Origin: an uncultured virus (IMG/VR IMGVR_UViG_3300021599_001640)
Lineage: Duplodnaviria; Heunggongvirae; Uroviricota; Caudoviricetes
IMG/VR virus record: IMGVR_UViG_3300021599_001640
Length of the DNA stretch: 60,340 nt
Direction: 5' to 3' (one strand)
Below, in pieces: positions 1 to 13,800 of the stretch. Each line of letters begins with the position of its first letter. The stretch's first letter is position 1. The notes beneath the pieces are model-generated. The model saw nothing but the letters and a program-made list of their open reading frames with translations, did no database searches and had not been told where the DNA came from. The position numbers were made by a program, and so were the translations under genes.

Positions 1-1827
1 ACACAAATTAAAGATTACCTTAGATCCAACAGTGATTTTACTGATTTTGATTTTGAAGGGTCTAATTTTTCTACGCTGATTGATTTACTCGCATATAATA
101 GCTACGTTACCGCCTTTAATACAAACATGGCGGTTAATGAAGTATTTTTGGACAGTGCAACACTAAGAGAAAATATTGTTTCTCTTGCACGTAACATTGG
201 ATATACACCAAGATCGAGAAGATCTGCAAAAGCTAGAATAAGTTTTAATGTTGACTTAACTACATCAAGTGCGGCTAGAACTTTAAAGATTCAAGCAGGT
301 CAAGTAGCACTTGGAGCTGTAAGAGATGGTAATTATATTTTTTCTATTCCAGAGGATGTAACAACTCCAGTTGATAATAACGGTATTGCTACATTTGAGA
401 ACCTAGAAATCTATGAAGGGGTTTATTTAACAAGTACTTTTACAGTAGATTCATCCCAGAAAAATCAAAGATTTATTTTACCTAATGTAAATATTGATAC
501 TACAACAATTAGGGTATCAGTAAGAAACTCAGTAACAGAACAATATACTCTTTATACTGATATTCTGAATGTTGGTCCAGATACAAGAATGTTTCTTATT
601 GAAGAAGTAGCTGACCAAAAATATGAAATTCGTTTTGGTGACGGTATCTTAGGAAAAAAACCTGCATCCGGTAGTGACATTATAGTGACCTACATTGTGA
701 CTAATGGTAGTTTAGGTAACAGTGCTTCTAATTTTACTTTTGCAGGGGTTCTAAGGGATAATAACCAGGCTGCAGTATCAACTGGCATCTCCCTACTCAG
801 AACACTTTCTGCGTCCCAAAACGGCGATGAAATAGAAAGTGTAGACTCTATCAAGTACCTAGCGCCAAGAGTTTATGCATCCCAGTTCCGTGCAGTTACT
901 GCAAATGATTTCAAAGGATTAGTTCCTTATGTATACAGTAATGTGGAATCTGTTACTGCATATGGTGGTGAAGAATTAGATCCTCCAGAATATGGAAAAG
1001 TTTTTATTTCTATTAAACCTAGAAATGGTACTTTTCTATCGCAAATTACAAAAGAAGATATTTTAAGAAATTTAAAACAATATTCTATTGCAGGAATCAG
1101 ACCAGAAATAATAGACCTTTCATATCTGTATATTGAACTTGATACTACAGTTTATTACAATGTAAACCAAGTATCAAGTGCAGATGGATTACGCACTAAA
1201 GTATTAAATACTCTTACATCATATGCTAGATCTAGTGATGTAAATAGTTTTGGTGGAAGATTTAAATTCAGTAAAATCAATACTTTGATTGATGGAACTG
1301 ATCAAGCAATCACTTCCAACATTACTAAAGTTAGAATGAGGAGAGATTTTACTCCTGCTTATAATACTTTTGCAACGTATGAAGTTTGTTTTGGTAATAG
1401 AGTTCACATCAAACGAGGCGGTTATTCAGTAAAATCTACTGGATTTACTATAAGTGGAGTTGATGAAACTCTATATATGGGGGATACCCAGATTGATGAT
1501 ATTAGTGGAAGAATTTTCTTCTTTAAAGTGGAAAATAATGTTCCTGTAATAATTAAAGCCAATGCTGGAACAATAAATTATAAGAGTGGAGAAATATTAT
1601 TGGACGTTGTAAATATAACTGGATCTTCTCTTCAAAATGGATTTATTGAGGTTCAGGCAGTTCCAGAATCAAATGATATTATTGGATTAAAAGATCTTTA
1701 CTTACAAATTGATGTTCAAAATTCTGTGGTAAATACTATAGAAGATATTATTACATCAGGTGAAAATACAGCAGCTACATTGTTTACACCGACTTCAAGT
1801 TATTTAAACGGAAAGTACACTAGATAA
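1..1827 (+). CDS. gp6: Baseplate wedge subunit, T4 gp6-like (5'-truncated at window edge)
   Basis: Frame is open from base 1 (TQIKDYLRSNSDFTDFDFEGSNFSTLIDLLAYN...), so the true start lies upstream of the track's 127. Carries gp6 motifs NEVFLDSATLRENIVSLARNIGYTPRS, FGDGILG, RAVTANDF and YGKVFISIKP. Confidence 0.95.
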   Translation, partial: TQIKDYLRSNSDFTDFDFEGSNFSTLIDLLAYNSYVTAFNTNMAVNEVFLDSATLRENIVSLARNIGYTPRSRRSAKARISFNVDLTTSSAARTLKIQAGQVALGAVRDGNYIFSIPEDVTTPVDNNGIATFENLEIYEGVYLTSTFTVDSSQKNQRFILPNVNIDTTTIRVSVRNSVTEQYTLYTDILNVGPDTRMFLIEEVADQKYEIRFGDGILGKKPASGSDIIVTYIVTNGSLGNSASNFTFAGVLRDNNQAAVSTGISLLRTLSASQNGDEIESVDSIKYLAPRVYASQFRAVTANDFKGLVPYVYSNVESVTAYGGEELDPPEYGKVFISIKPRNGTFLSQITKEDILRNLKQYSIAGIRPEIIDLSYLYIELDTTVYYNVNQVSSADGLRTKVLNTLTSYARSSDVNSFGGRFKFSKINTLIDGTDQAITSNITKVRMRRDFTPAYNTFATYEVCFGNRVHIKRGGYSVKSTGFTISGVDETLYMGDTQIDDISGRIFFFKVENNVPVIIKANAGTINYKSGEILLDVVNITGSSLQNGFIEVQAVPESNDIIGLKDLYLQIDVQNSVVNTIEDIITSGENTAATLFTPTSSYLNGKYTR

Positions 1828-1828
1828 A

Positions 1829-4800
1829 ATGACAGATATCAAGAGAGTTAGAATCAACGACATCGTGGAATCTCAGATTCCAGAGTTTTTAAATGAGGAA
1901 TCTCCTTTATTTAAAGTTTTTTTGAAGTCTTACTATAATTCTTTAGATCATAAGTCTGGTGCTATAGATTTAGTTGATAACATAAAGTTTTATAAAAGTG
2001 TAGAGGCTTTTAATAATAATGATTTAGTTCAGTCAACGACTTTAAATGGGTACATTTATGCGTCAGATAGTACCATTAATGTCGATAGTACTGATTCTTG
2101 GCCAGAAAAATATGGACTATTAAAGATAGATGATGAAATTATAACTTATACTGAAAAAACTGCCACATCTTTTATCGGATGTATAAGAGGATTTAGTGGA
2201 ATAGATCAAATAAAATCCACACAAAATTCAGAGTTTTTACAATTTCAGAAAACAGAAGCAGAAGAACACGAAGATAACTCTATTGTATATAATTTAAGTA
2301 ATTTATTTTTAGTAGAATTCTTTGAAAAGTTTAAATATGAATTTGTACCTGGATTTGAATCAAGATCTTTTTCTGAAGGAATTTCCTCAGAAAATATTTT
2401 AACAAGAATTAAAGATTTTTATAGATCCAAAGGAACAAATTCATCATATGAAATTTTATTCAAAATTTTATATGGTAAAGATATTCAAATAATTAAACCA
2501 CAAGATTATACACTAGTACCTTCATCTAATAGCTATTTTGTAACAAAAAATATTTTAGTAGAAAAAATTTCTGGAGGAGATCCAACAGAAACAAAAGGAA
2601 ATTTTTTATACCAAAATCTTCCTGGTATAGGTACAGTTAGTGCTTCGATTTATAACGTAGAATATAGACCTATAGGAAATAAACTATTTTATGAAATATC
2701 TTTAGACTCTACTTCTTTTAGTGGAGTATTTCAAGTTTCTGGTAAAACTAAAGTATTAGAATATACTCCTGCAGGTTCAAATAGTATTCTTGTAGACTCT
2801 ACTATTGGATTTTCTAAATCTGGAAAACTTTTAGTAAAACCAAAAGATTCTAATTATATAGAAATTACTTACTCTGATAAGAGTAGCAATCAATTTTTAG
2901 GAGTTAGTGGAGTTACTAAGCCTCTTGACTTTTCTTTGGATATTGTAGAAGAGAAATTTGCTTACAGTTACATTGGTGTTGGTAATACATCTAAAGTAGA
3001 TTTTAGAGTTATCAATGTAATTGATTCTATAGATTTCTCAGAAACTTCCAATTTAAAAGTAGGTGATAAGATAAGACTATCAGGTTTTGGTAAGGATATG
3101 TCTTCTAGCTATCAATTTAGTAGCTGGATATACAATGTTCCAACAAATCACAATATAAAAAATGTATCTCAGGTAGATTCCGATAAGTATAGGATAATAT
3201 TATATGATGAGGTTTCTTTTTATAAAGAACAGACTATAAAACTGGAAGATATCTTAGGAAATATTTCTGATGCTACCATTCTAGATGTAGAGTATCCAGC
3301 TGGAGATACAATTAAAAAGTATACTAATAGAATTCTAGTTCAAGTTACTGGGTCTACTTTTAATGTTTTGGATTCTAAAATATTAAAAACTTTAATCATA
3401 AAATCTAGTCATTTTTCCAATGATTATTCATATATTAATATTATCCCATCCGGAGTACAAAATACCTATATTGATTTTAAAGAACAAAATTTTTATGTAA
3501 CTTCTACTGGTTTACCAAATTATACTATTGAGGCTTCTGATACTAAAAAAACAATCTCGGTAGTAGGAGCTTCTTCCACAAGTTTAATTTATTGTCCAAG
3601 ACATAATATACAAACTGGAGAATCTGTTTATTATGATCCAGGTACTAATTCCACTTCAGGGTTATCTACTGGATTTTATTTTGTAACTAGAGTAGATTTA
3701 GATAACATAAAATTATCTTTCAGTAAAAATGATATTTTCTCCAAGAAGTATATTACACTGAATCCATTAACTGGTAATTTAGATTTTATCTATAAATCTG
3801 GATATCAAAATAAAATCATAAAAAATCAAAAGATATTTAAAAAGTTTGATCTTACTGGTAGAAAGAAAATTTTTGATGATAAGAATAAAAGATCTACCAA
3901 TAATAAACAAATAGGACTTTTATCAAATGGAGTTGAGATACTATCTCCAACATTATTTGACGAAAATATTTACTATGGAAAGTTGAGTTCAATTGAGGTA
4001 ACTAATTCTGGAAAAGATTATGATGTTGTAAATGTTCCACAAATAATAATTCAAGATGAACAAGGATCTAATGCAAAAGCTCACTTAAATTTAAGTGGTG
4101 AAGTAAAATCTATTAAAGTTATTAATCCAGGAATTGGATATCAAACAAAACCAAAAATTACTATAACTGGCGGAAATGGTAGTGGATGCGTATTAGAATC
4201 AAATTTAGTAAAGTCAAGGATTACTGTTGGTTTTAGACCAAGTATATCTGTAGATGTTGGATCAAACTCTATTACCTTTATTAATAATCATAATCTCGTA
4301 GACGGCGAAGAAATAATTTACAATTCAAATGGAAACGCTAACATAATTGGATTAGTAGATAAATCTCATTATTTTGTTGGGGTTTCTTCTGAAAAAATTA
4401 TTAAGCTATATAATACCTTCACAGATGCAGTTGATAAAACAAATGAAATAAACATAACTGGTATTAGTTCTGGTTCTCATTCTTTAGAAACACTAAAAAA
4501 TAAAAATACTATTACTAGGGTTTATGTAAAGGATCCCGGTAAAGGTTATTCTAACAGAGCAGTAAGAATTCCATCGCAATTTACAACAGGAGAAACTGTA
4601 GGTATCAACACTTTTGATTCTTACATTTTTGCGACTAAACATGGATTTAATGATGGTGAATTAGTAACATATAATCATACTGGAACTCCAATTTCAGGAT
4701 TATCGACATCAATTAATTATTATGTAAAAGTTTTAGATGCAAATAGATTTAAGTTATCTGTAGCTGGTATTGGAACTACTCTTTCCAAAGAAGATTTTTC

Positions 4801-7800
4801 AAATAAAAAATATGTTAAGTTTTCTAGTGTAGGCCTTGGTACACATATAATTGCATATCCGCCAATTACAATTAATGTAGAAACTATTTCCGAAATTGGT
4901 GAAAGTAGTATAGTGACTCCCATTCTACAACCTGTGGTTTTGGGATCAATATCTGATGTTTATCTTGAAGATGGTGGCATTGGATATGGTTGCACAGATA
5001 TTTTAAATTTCCATAGAAGACCTTTGGTTACAGTTCAGACCGTAACTTCTGAGTGTGTATTAAAACCTATTATTCTTGGTGGTTCTATTATAGATGTAAA
5101 GATAATAAACAGTGGAAATGGATATAGAGCTGACTCAGATATTGTAATAAGTGGAGATGGATCTTTTGCTGAAATTGACCCAATAGTTACGAATGGTAGA
5201 GTAACTGGTGTCAATGTATTACGTGGAGGTGTTGGATATGCATCTTCTAATACCGTATTAACTGTTGTTAATAGAGGTAAAGATGCTAAGTTCCTAGCAA
5301 ATGTTAATGAATGGAAAATTAATCAGGTAATTAAACTTTCTGGACAAATTTCCAATGAAGATGATGGAGTATTGTTCCCCAGTAAAAATGAAGATCTTGG
5401 ATTACAATTTATAAATTTCTATGCACCTAAAAAGTTAAGATATCAATTAGATGATAACTTTACCGAAACAAATAAAGAAAGTCCAAATAATAAAGTACAC
5501 TCTCCAATACTAGGATTTTCTTATGATGGATATCCTATTTACGGACCATATGGCTATGATCCATTAGTTGGTGGTACTATAAGACTATTAAAAACAAGTT
5601 ATGAACTTCAACCTGATTTAACGCCAGGAATTAGACCTCCAGGGTTTATTGCAGGGTATTTCATTGATGACTATATTTTTACCGGATCCGGAGATTTAGA
5701 TCAATATAATGGAAGATGGTGTAAAACTCCACAGTATCCTAATGGAACTTATGCTTACTTTAGTTCAATAACTGTTGATCCTACTGGCAAATCCTCTCCA
5801 ACATATCCATATATTATTGGAAAATATTTTAGAGGTACTCCAATAGAGGACAATTTCTTACAAAAAATAAATCAAGATACGGATCTATCTTCATATAGAA
5901 TAACAAGAAATATTGGCCCATATTATATTAATAGTAATAATTCTGGATATGATTTGATTGATAAAATTTCTGATACTTATAAACAAGAATTTAGAGTTAA
6001 GGAAGTTCAGGATTCCGGTATTGAGAGTGCAGTTATATTTTCTCCTGGGGACAATTATAGAATAAATGATAGACTTTTAATTAATAATAAGAATACATCT
6101 GGAACTGGAGCAAATATTGTAGTAGATTCTTTAAAAGGAAAAGAAATAGAATCTTTTATGATCGAGGATGTAAAAATAGAAAATGTTACATTCTTATTTA
6201 AAAATGATGTAGTAGTCGTCCAAACAACAGAACCACATGAACTTTCTAATGGTGAAGTGATAACGATAACTGGTGTTTCTACCATAACTGCTTCTGAATT
6301 GGAAGGTAACTGGAAAGTATCAGTAGAAAATAAAACAGTTCAATTATCTGAAAATATTACAGTTGCTGCTTCTGGTGTTACCACTTTTATTGGTGTTAAG
6401 GACATAAACGGATTTAATGTTAATGATGTTATTGGCATAGGAACAGAAATTTTAAGGATAGTTGACATATCTGCTCCTAGATCTGGATTTTATGTTAATA
6501 GGTTAGCAAATCCAGGAATTCATACTATACCAAATCATAGATTTTACACTGGTGAACCTCTTTTATATGGTCCAGGTTTAGGTGGAACTAGTTTATATTT
6601 TAATAATGTGGGTAGTGGAGTAAGTATTCCACTTTTAGATGGTCAAATAGTTTATGCCGTTAATTTGGGTAAAGATCATATTGGATTATCGACACTTGGA
6701 TTTACCACAACTAGTGGTATAGGAACTAATTTAAATTCAGTAGAATTTGTTAATTTTGATTACTCATTTAGTATAATTGGTTCAGCACACTCACTGACAA
6801 CATTATATCCAGAAATAAAAGGATCTATTTCCAAACATAATGGTATAGTAACTACTACTAGTAGTCATGGATTAAGTAATAATGATATAGTTAATCTCAG
6901 TATTAATAATAGAGAACTAGATGAAGTAAAGATTCTTTATAATCCTGAAATAAGAAAATTAACAACTGCAAAAATACCTTTCGCTAATACTGATGTTTCT
7001 ATTGCTGATAATACAATAGGTATTGGGTCAGCTATTTTAAAAACTGGAGATAAAGTAGTTTATCATACTGAGGGAAGTACTGTTGGTGGATTGCAAAATA
7101 ATAGTACTTATTATATTTTAAGACTAAATCTGAATAGAATTCAACTTTGTGAATATGAATCTGATATTAAGAACTCCAATGTAATAGATCTTACATCAAC
7201 TGGACATGTATCGCATGGTTTTTATCTAATAAACCCTCCATTGAATTTTGTCGAAGGTAGTATTATAAAATTTGATTTGTCTGATCCAAGTCTTCTTGAA
7301 ATGGATCTACAATTCTATGAAGATCCCGATTTCCAAAATACTGTAGAGGTTATTGGAAATGATATTGATAACTTTGTTATTTCTAGAACTTTGGAATCAC
7401 CAGGAACTTTTGGATCTTACGTTACTTTAGATTCATCTAATAAACAATACCCTAAATTACTGTATTATAATTTAATCGCTAAAAATCCACTAGATCTTAG
7501 AAAAAAAGAAATAACATCCGATAGAGAAGTAAAAGGAAATAATAAATTAACGGTAACTAAACACTCTTTAGATAAGAGTTATATAGTTTCAGTGCCAAAT
7601 GATACTACATTTACTTTCAATCTAAGTCAAAAATTAACTAAGCTTGAAGAACAGGCATATATTTCTTCTAATGAAAATGTTACTTATACTACAAAATCTA
7701 AAACGGCTTTAGGTCCAATAAATTCTCTTAAAATTAATTTCCCAGGAAGAGGTTATAAAAAATTACCTTTTGTTGAAGGAATTGACACGCAATTTGGTGA

Positions 7801-10800
7801 AAATGCTATTATTAAACTCAAATCTTCCAAAATAGGTAGAGTCGAAGATTATGAGAGAATCAAAGATGGATTTGATTATCCAACAGATCCAACTTTAACT
7901 CCTTCTTTAAGTGTACCAACAGTTATTGGAATAAGAGATATTTTAACTATAGATTCTGTTGGTATTTTAACTGGAGGTAGAGGATATAATACTGCTCCGA
8001 CTTTATTTGTAAAGGATAACCCATCAATAAAATTAAAAGCTGATATAACTGGAGGTTCAGTAACAAAAGTCACTATAGTTAACAACTCAACTTCTTTGAG
8101 TTCACCACTACAAATTTCCTCAATTTATAATTCTAATGGATATGATATTGATAATGTTTCTGTTTCTGGAAATGATGTAACTTTAGAATTATTAGATACT
8201 AATTTTATTAATGTTGGTTTTGGGAATACACAAATTGATTTTCCTTTCGCAGTTGGAGATGAAATTTTTATTGAAGGTTGCCGACTGACTAATTCCACTT
8301 CATCCAAGGCAAACTTTAATTCTAAATCATATGGATATAGATTCTTTAAAATTACTTCCACTAGCGTAGAAAATAAAACCATTACTTATAGTATGTCTGG
8401 TATTTCTACGGGAGATTTTGGTACTTATGATGATACCATTACTTTGGGATATGTAGTTAATAAAAAATCTATGCCATCATTTGAGATGATCTTAAATGAT
8501 AATGTTAACTATCTGTCTGGAGAAAGAGTAACTTCTAGAGTCTTCTCTGGAAATGTAATGGAGGGTGGATGGGATAATGAACTAAACCAGTTGAGAATAA
8601 ATGATTCTGCTGGAAGTTTGATAGTTGGAGACAGAATATTTGGAGAAAATTCCAAAATAAATGGAGTAGTTGAATATTTTGATACTTTTAATCTAAACTC
8701 TACTTTAGGAGTTTCCAGAGATAAAGTTGGAGTGATAGACAATGCTGTTGGAATATTAAATGATTTCCAACAAAGAATTTCAGATAATTTCTATTATCAA
8801 AAGTTTTCTTATGCTATTAAGAGCGAAATACCTTATGATTCTTGGAGAGAATCTGTAAGATCCTTGGTGCATCCATCCGGATTTAAAGAATTTTCAGACT
8901 TAGAAATCGTTACCGAGGCTACTCAACCCGAAGTTCAAATTGGTATATCAAAATCTACAGATCTAAGACCAACAGTTTTAGAATCAGCATCATCATTCCT
9001 AGTTAATGTTGATAATAAAATTTCTATTGGTGAAAGAAGTAATTTTAATTTAGTTTATGAGGAAGATTTTCTTGATGATGGTTCTGTAGAGAAGGTATTC
9101 TTTAATGAAGGTATTGCTTTAAGAAATTATATTTTAAATAAAACAAATAAAGTTGTAACAATAGATGACATTAGTAGTCAATTTGATGGATCATCAATTC
9201 AAACTCTTGATGGAACTTATGCTGATGCTTCTGATCTATTAGATGGAAACAAAGCTTTTATTCAGCAAGAAGTAGTTGGATTTATCACTGCAACTTATCC
9301 TGGAATAGTTACCAGTGTTGGATGGAGTAAAACCAGTTTTACTGAAGAAATAGGAAATGTTGTAGATGCTATATCTCATGACATTAAGTACAATTCTAAC
9401 AATAAATCAGTAGGCCAGGGACTGGATTATTGGTCTGGTATTGGAACAAGTTATATTTCTGGCATCACCACTGAAAGATTATCTGCTTATAATTACATAA
9501 CAGATATATCAAAATACATTATTAATAATGTTGGAGTTAAAACTTCATATCAACTTGGAACTCCATTTGCAATAACAACTTCATCTTATAATAATGTTAC
9601 TGGAATTCAGACTATTAGATTAACTCCCGCAAATATAGTTAATTTAAATGCCTCTGTTGGTGATTACGTTGTAGTTAAAAATCTAGTTTTTTCTTGCAAC
9701 TCTGGTGGAGGAATAAGTACTGCAATATTCCCAAATCTTGGTGCAGGTTTGGATGGAAACGGCCCATTATCACCAAAAGGATTTGTATATGAAATTATTG
9801 GAATAGGTTTGAGTACGATAGAAATAAATCCAGGAATATCTACTATTGATCACACATATGTTGGTGGCGGCACGGTAGAAAAAGCATTTATATCTACCAG
9901 TCAGTACTATAATTTTTCAATTTTAGCAGATTCGGATTGTAGTGTATCTTATAGTTCTAGTTGTTGTGCTAATGTTCAATCTTCAATTGTGAATTATGTT
10001 GGAATTATTACTACAATAATAGGATTAGGAACAGCCTCTAGTCCAGAAATAACCTATCCATCCATAACAAGAGGTGGAGTTATAGTAGGTTTAACCACAT
10101 TTAAATTAACATCAAATGGAAATCCACTATTTAAGAGAGAGTTTAGTGGATCTGATTCAAATGTAATTAAGATTGACACTGATACTTTTATTTTCAATAA
10201 TCACAATTTCCAAAGTGGTCAAGAACTGATTTATACCTATTCTGGAACTCCAATTGGAATAGCAACTACTTCATATACCACTGAAATTAAAGATATTTTA
10301 ATGCAGGTTGGTAATTATAATGGAACATCAATTTATGAAAATGGGTATGGTGCTGCTATTACAACATCAATAACTGGAATTTCTACGGTATTAGTTCCAG
10401 CAGGTCCAACAACGCAATTATTTAATGATGTAGTAGGAACCAGTACTTCTGGTGGAATTAATGCTGTGTTCGATGTAGTAGTTTCGTATTCTGCAACAAC
10501 AGGACAACCATTATCAACATCAATTTCTCTGGTTTCAGGTGGAAAAGGATTTGCCGTTGGACAAACAGTATCTATAGCTGGTACTTATTTTAAAGGATCT
10601 AATCCAACAAATAATCTCTCATTTGTAGTAAGTTCAACTGGACCAACAGTAATTCAAGCGGCAGCAAATCAAACCTATTCAAATGTTCCCTCTTTGGATG
10701 TAAATGGAGCTACATTTAGTGTTTCTAGAAACAATGATGGAGAAATAAGTTCAATACAAGTTACCAATGGCGGATCTGGATATGCATCTACCTCCGTAAT

Positions 10801-13800
10801 TTCTATTGCAGGCACTTACATAGGTGGTTCTAATTCTAACGATAATGTTTCATTTACACCTATTGTTCTTGGATCGAATAAACTTCCAAAATCTGTATTT
10901 GTCACTAAATTGGATGATAGTAAGTTTAAATTATCAGGATTATCTACTGCAACTATACTCAATATAGTTGGTTTTGGTACTGGAATCCATTCATTTGAGT
11001 ACAAAGAACCCAATACAAGTTCTATTATCACCATAGATGGAGTTATTCAGACTCCAATTAGAAGTAAATCATTATCCATAACTTTAGGTTCCCCTGTTTC
11101 TTCAGCTTCTACAACTTTAATACAAGTTTTAACTGGAATATCTTCTCTTTATACTGGTGACATCATTAATATGAATTCCGAATATGTTGTTGTTAAGAAT
11201 ATCGGTGTCGCAGGAACTGATATTATTAAAGTAGAAAGGGGATATTTGGGAACTTCTGCAGGAGTCCATACTGTTGGAGTAGCTTGTACCGTATTAACTG
11301 GTGATTATAATATTGTAGGAGATGTAATTTACTTCACTACAGCACCATATGGAAAAATTGGTCCAGTAGGATTAAAAACTGGATCTATATTTGGTGGAAG
11401 AGTTTTCTCTAGACAATTTGATCCTGGTGAACCTGAAGATAAGAATATTATTTTGGATGATATATCTTTATCATTTACTGGAATAGCCGCTACAGAGTTT
11501 ACTGCAAAAACTAAAGGATCTACAACAACTGCTCTATTCAATAATACTAATTCATCAACAAATATCAATAATAATCCTATAATTTTAATTAATAATGTTT
11601 TCCAACGTCCTAGAACGGATTATGATATAGACGGTACTTCCGAAAATGTAATTAAGTTTTTAACTGGAACTCCTAGTGCGGGTAAAATAGTTAAAGTCGG
11701 TGTGACTACTGGATATGGATATTATCCTTTATTGGGCGCGAGTGCAGTGGCTAATGTTTCTGCAGCTGGAACTATTTCTTCTTTAACTCTTACTGGAAGT
11801 GGATCTGGATATAGATTACCTCCAACTGTAGGCATTTATTCTACTGTTGGTTCTGGAGCAAGTATAACTGCATCAGTTAGTGCAGCCGGTACAATAACCG
11901 GGTTCACAATTGTTAACGCTGGATCTGGTTACACTACAACCTCCATCCCAGAAGTTGTAATAGGAATACCTACTGCCTATAGTAATTTGGGAGTAGCATA
12001 TACTGGCGGTTCTTCTGGAGTAGGCCAGGGTGCAAAAATTTCAGTTACTGTTGGTCAAGGATCTAGTATTATTGATTATAAAATAGATAACCCTGGAATT
12101 GGATATAAAGTAGGTGATATATTAAAAGTACCAAATTTACTGATAAATTCTGGATTATCTACTGTTTTCCAAGAATTTAGACTAACTGTTAGAGAAGTTC
12201 AAACCGATAAGTTTTCTGGTTTTTATCCTGGACAGTTTATATTATTCGATGATTTTTCTGATAGATTCAATGGATTCCGTAAAAAGTTTACACTATCCGT
12301 TACTAATAACAATGTTAGAGAAATTCTGAGTTTAAAAACTCTCGCTGGAACTGATTTAAACTTAGAAAATAATCTTTTCATCTATATTAATGATATTTTA
12401 CAAATTCCTGGAGTTTCTTATACGTTCTCTGGATCTAGAGTTTTATTTACTGAAGCTCCAAAACAAAATTCCACCTGCACAGTTTTATATTACAGAGGAT
12501 CTTCTATAGATGTAGAGGAGGTAACTCCACCACCTACCCTTAAAGAAGGTGACACTATTATTATTAAAGAAAATGAGTTTGATCTTTTTGATACTGATCA
12601 ATTGGAAAGAATTGTCAAAAAAATATCTGCTTCAGATCAAATAGACACTTTTACTTATAATAGTGTTGGAATAATTACTGATCCAAATAAAAATAGACCT
12701 CTAACTTGGATTAAACAGGAATATGATAGAATCATTAGCGGACAACTTTATTCTAAGTCAAGATTAAGTTTAAAGAGTAGTATTAGACCTGTTGCTAAAC
12801 TAATTAAGTCTGTAACTGAAACCGATTCTGTAATTTACGTTGATAATGCGTTCCCAATTTTTAGTGATGTTGACTTATTAAGTGAAGATAAGAGAAATGT
12901 TGTTATAAGTGAAGTTAAAAATATATCAGCAGCAATCTGTACATCTATAGTTTCAAGTTCTTCAACAATTTCTTCTATTAGTGTTGTTGATGGTGGAGTT
13001 GGTTATGCCTATACTCAAAACCCTGTCATCAGTATTTCTAAGTCATTGATTTCTAGAAAAGATCCAATTAAAGACTGGAAACCTTCTACAGGAATTACCA
13101 CAGGATATGAATTAAACTCATTAATTTATGGAAATACTTTGGTTGCTGTTGGATCCTCTTCTCTATATGCCACAAGTATTGATGCTGAAAGTTGGTCTAC
13201 AGGATCTATCGGATTTGGTGGAACAATAAACTTTACTTCCGTATCTTGTGGTGGAACAAATGTTTATATGGCTGTTGGTGAATATGGTATAGTTTCTAAA
13301 TCACTTGGATATGGAAGTACAGTTGGTCCATGGACTTTAATAAACCTTCTGGAGGAAAGTGTAGTTCCTGGTTTAGGACTTATAACTAGATTCCCAACAA
13401 CTTACACGGGAACTCTAAATGACATAGTTTATTCTCCAAATTTAGATTCATGGACTGCTGTTGGAGCTGCAGGATCAATATTTGGTGGAGTTGGTATAGG
13501 ATCTACAATGTTAATTAGTAGATTCTCAGGAACACTTCAAAATATTAATAGTATAACTTATTCTCCAAGTGGACTTGTTGCAGTAGGTGACAATGGCGTA
13601 ATATTATCTTCCGCTAATAATGTAATTTGGGATTCAAATAGTAGTCCAACATCCTTTAATTTAAATAAAGTCATTTATGTAAATGGTAATTATGTAGTCG
13701 TAGGAGACTTTGGAGTAGTATTAAAGGGTATGAATCCTAGTTCTCTGCAATTAATGCCTGTTAATATTTCTGAAAATCTAGTAGATGTTTATTATAATGA

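Noticed and set aside
127..129. ATG 127 as the gp6 start
   Set aside because: Conserved gp6 sequence continues upstream in frame to the window edge.
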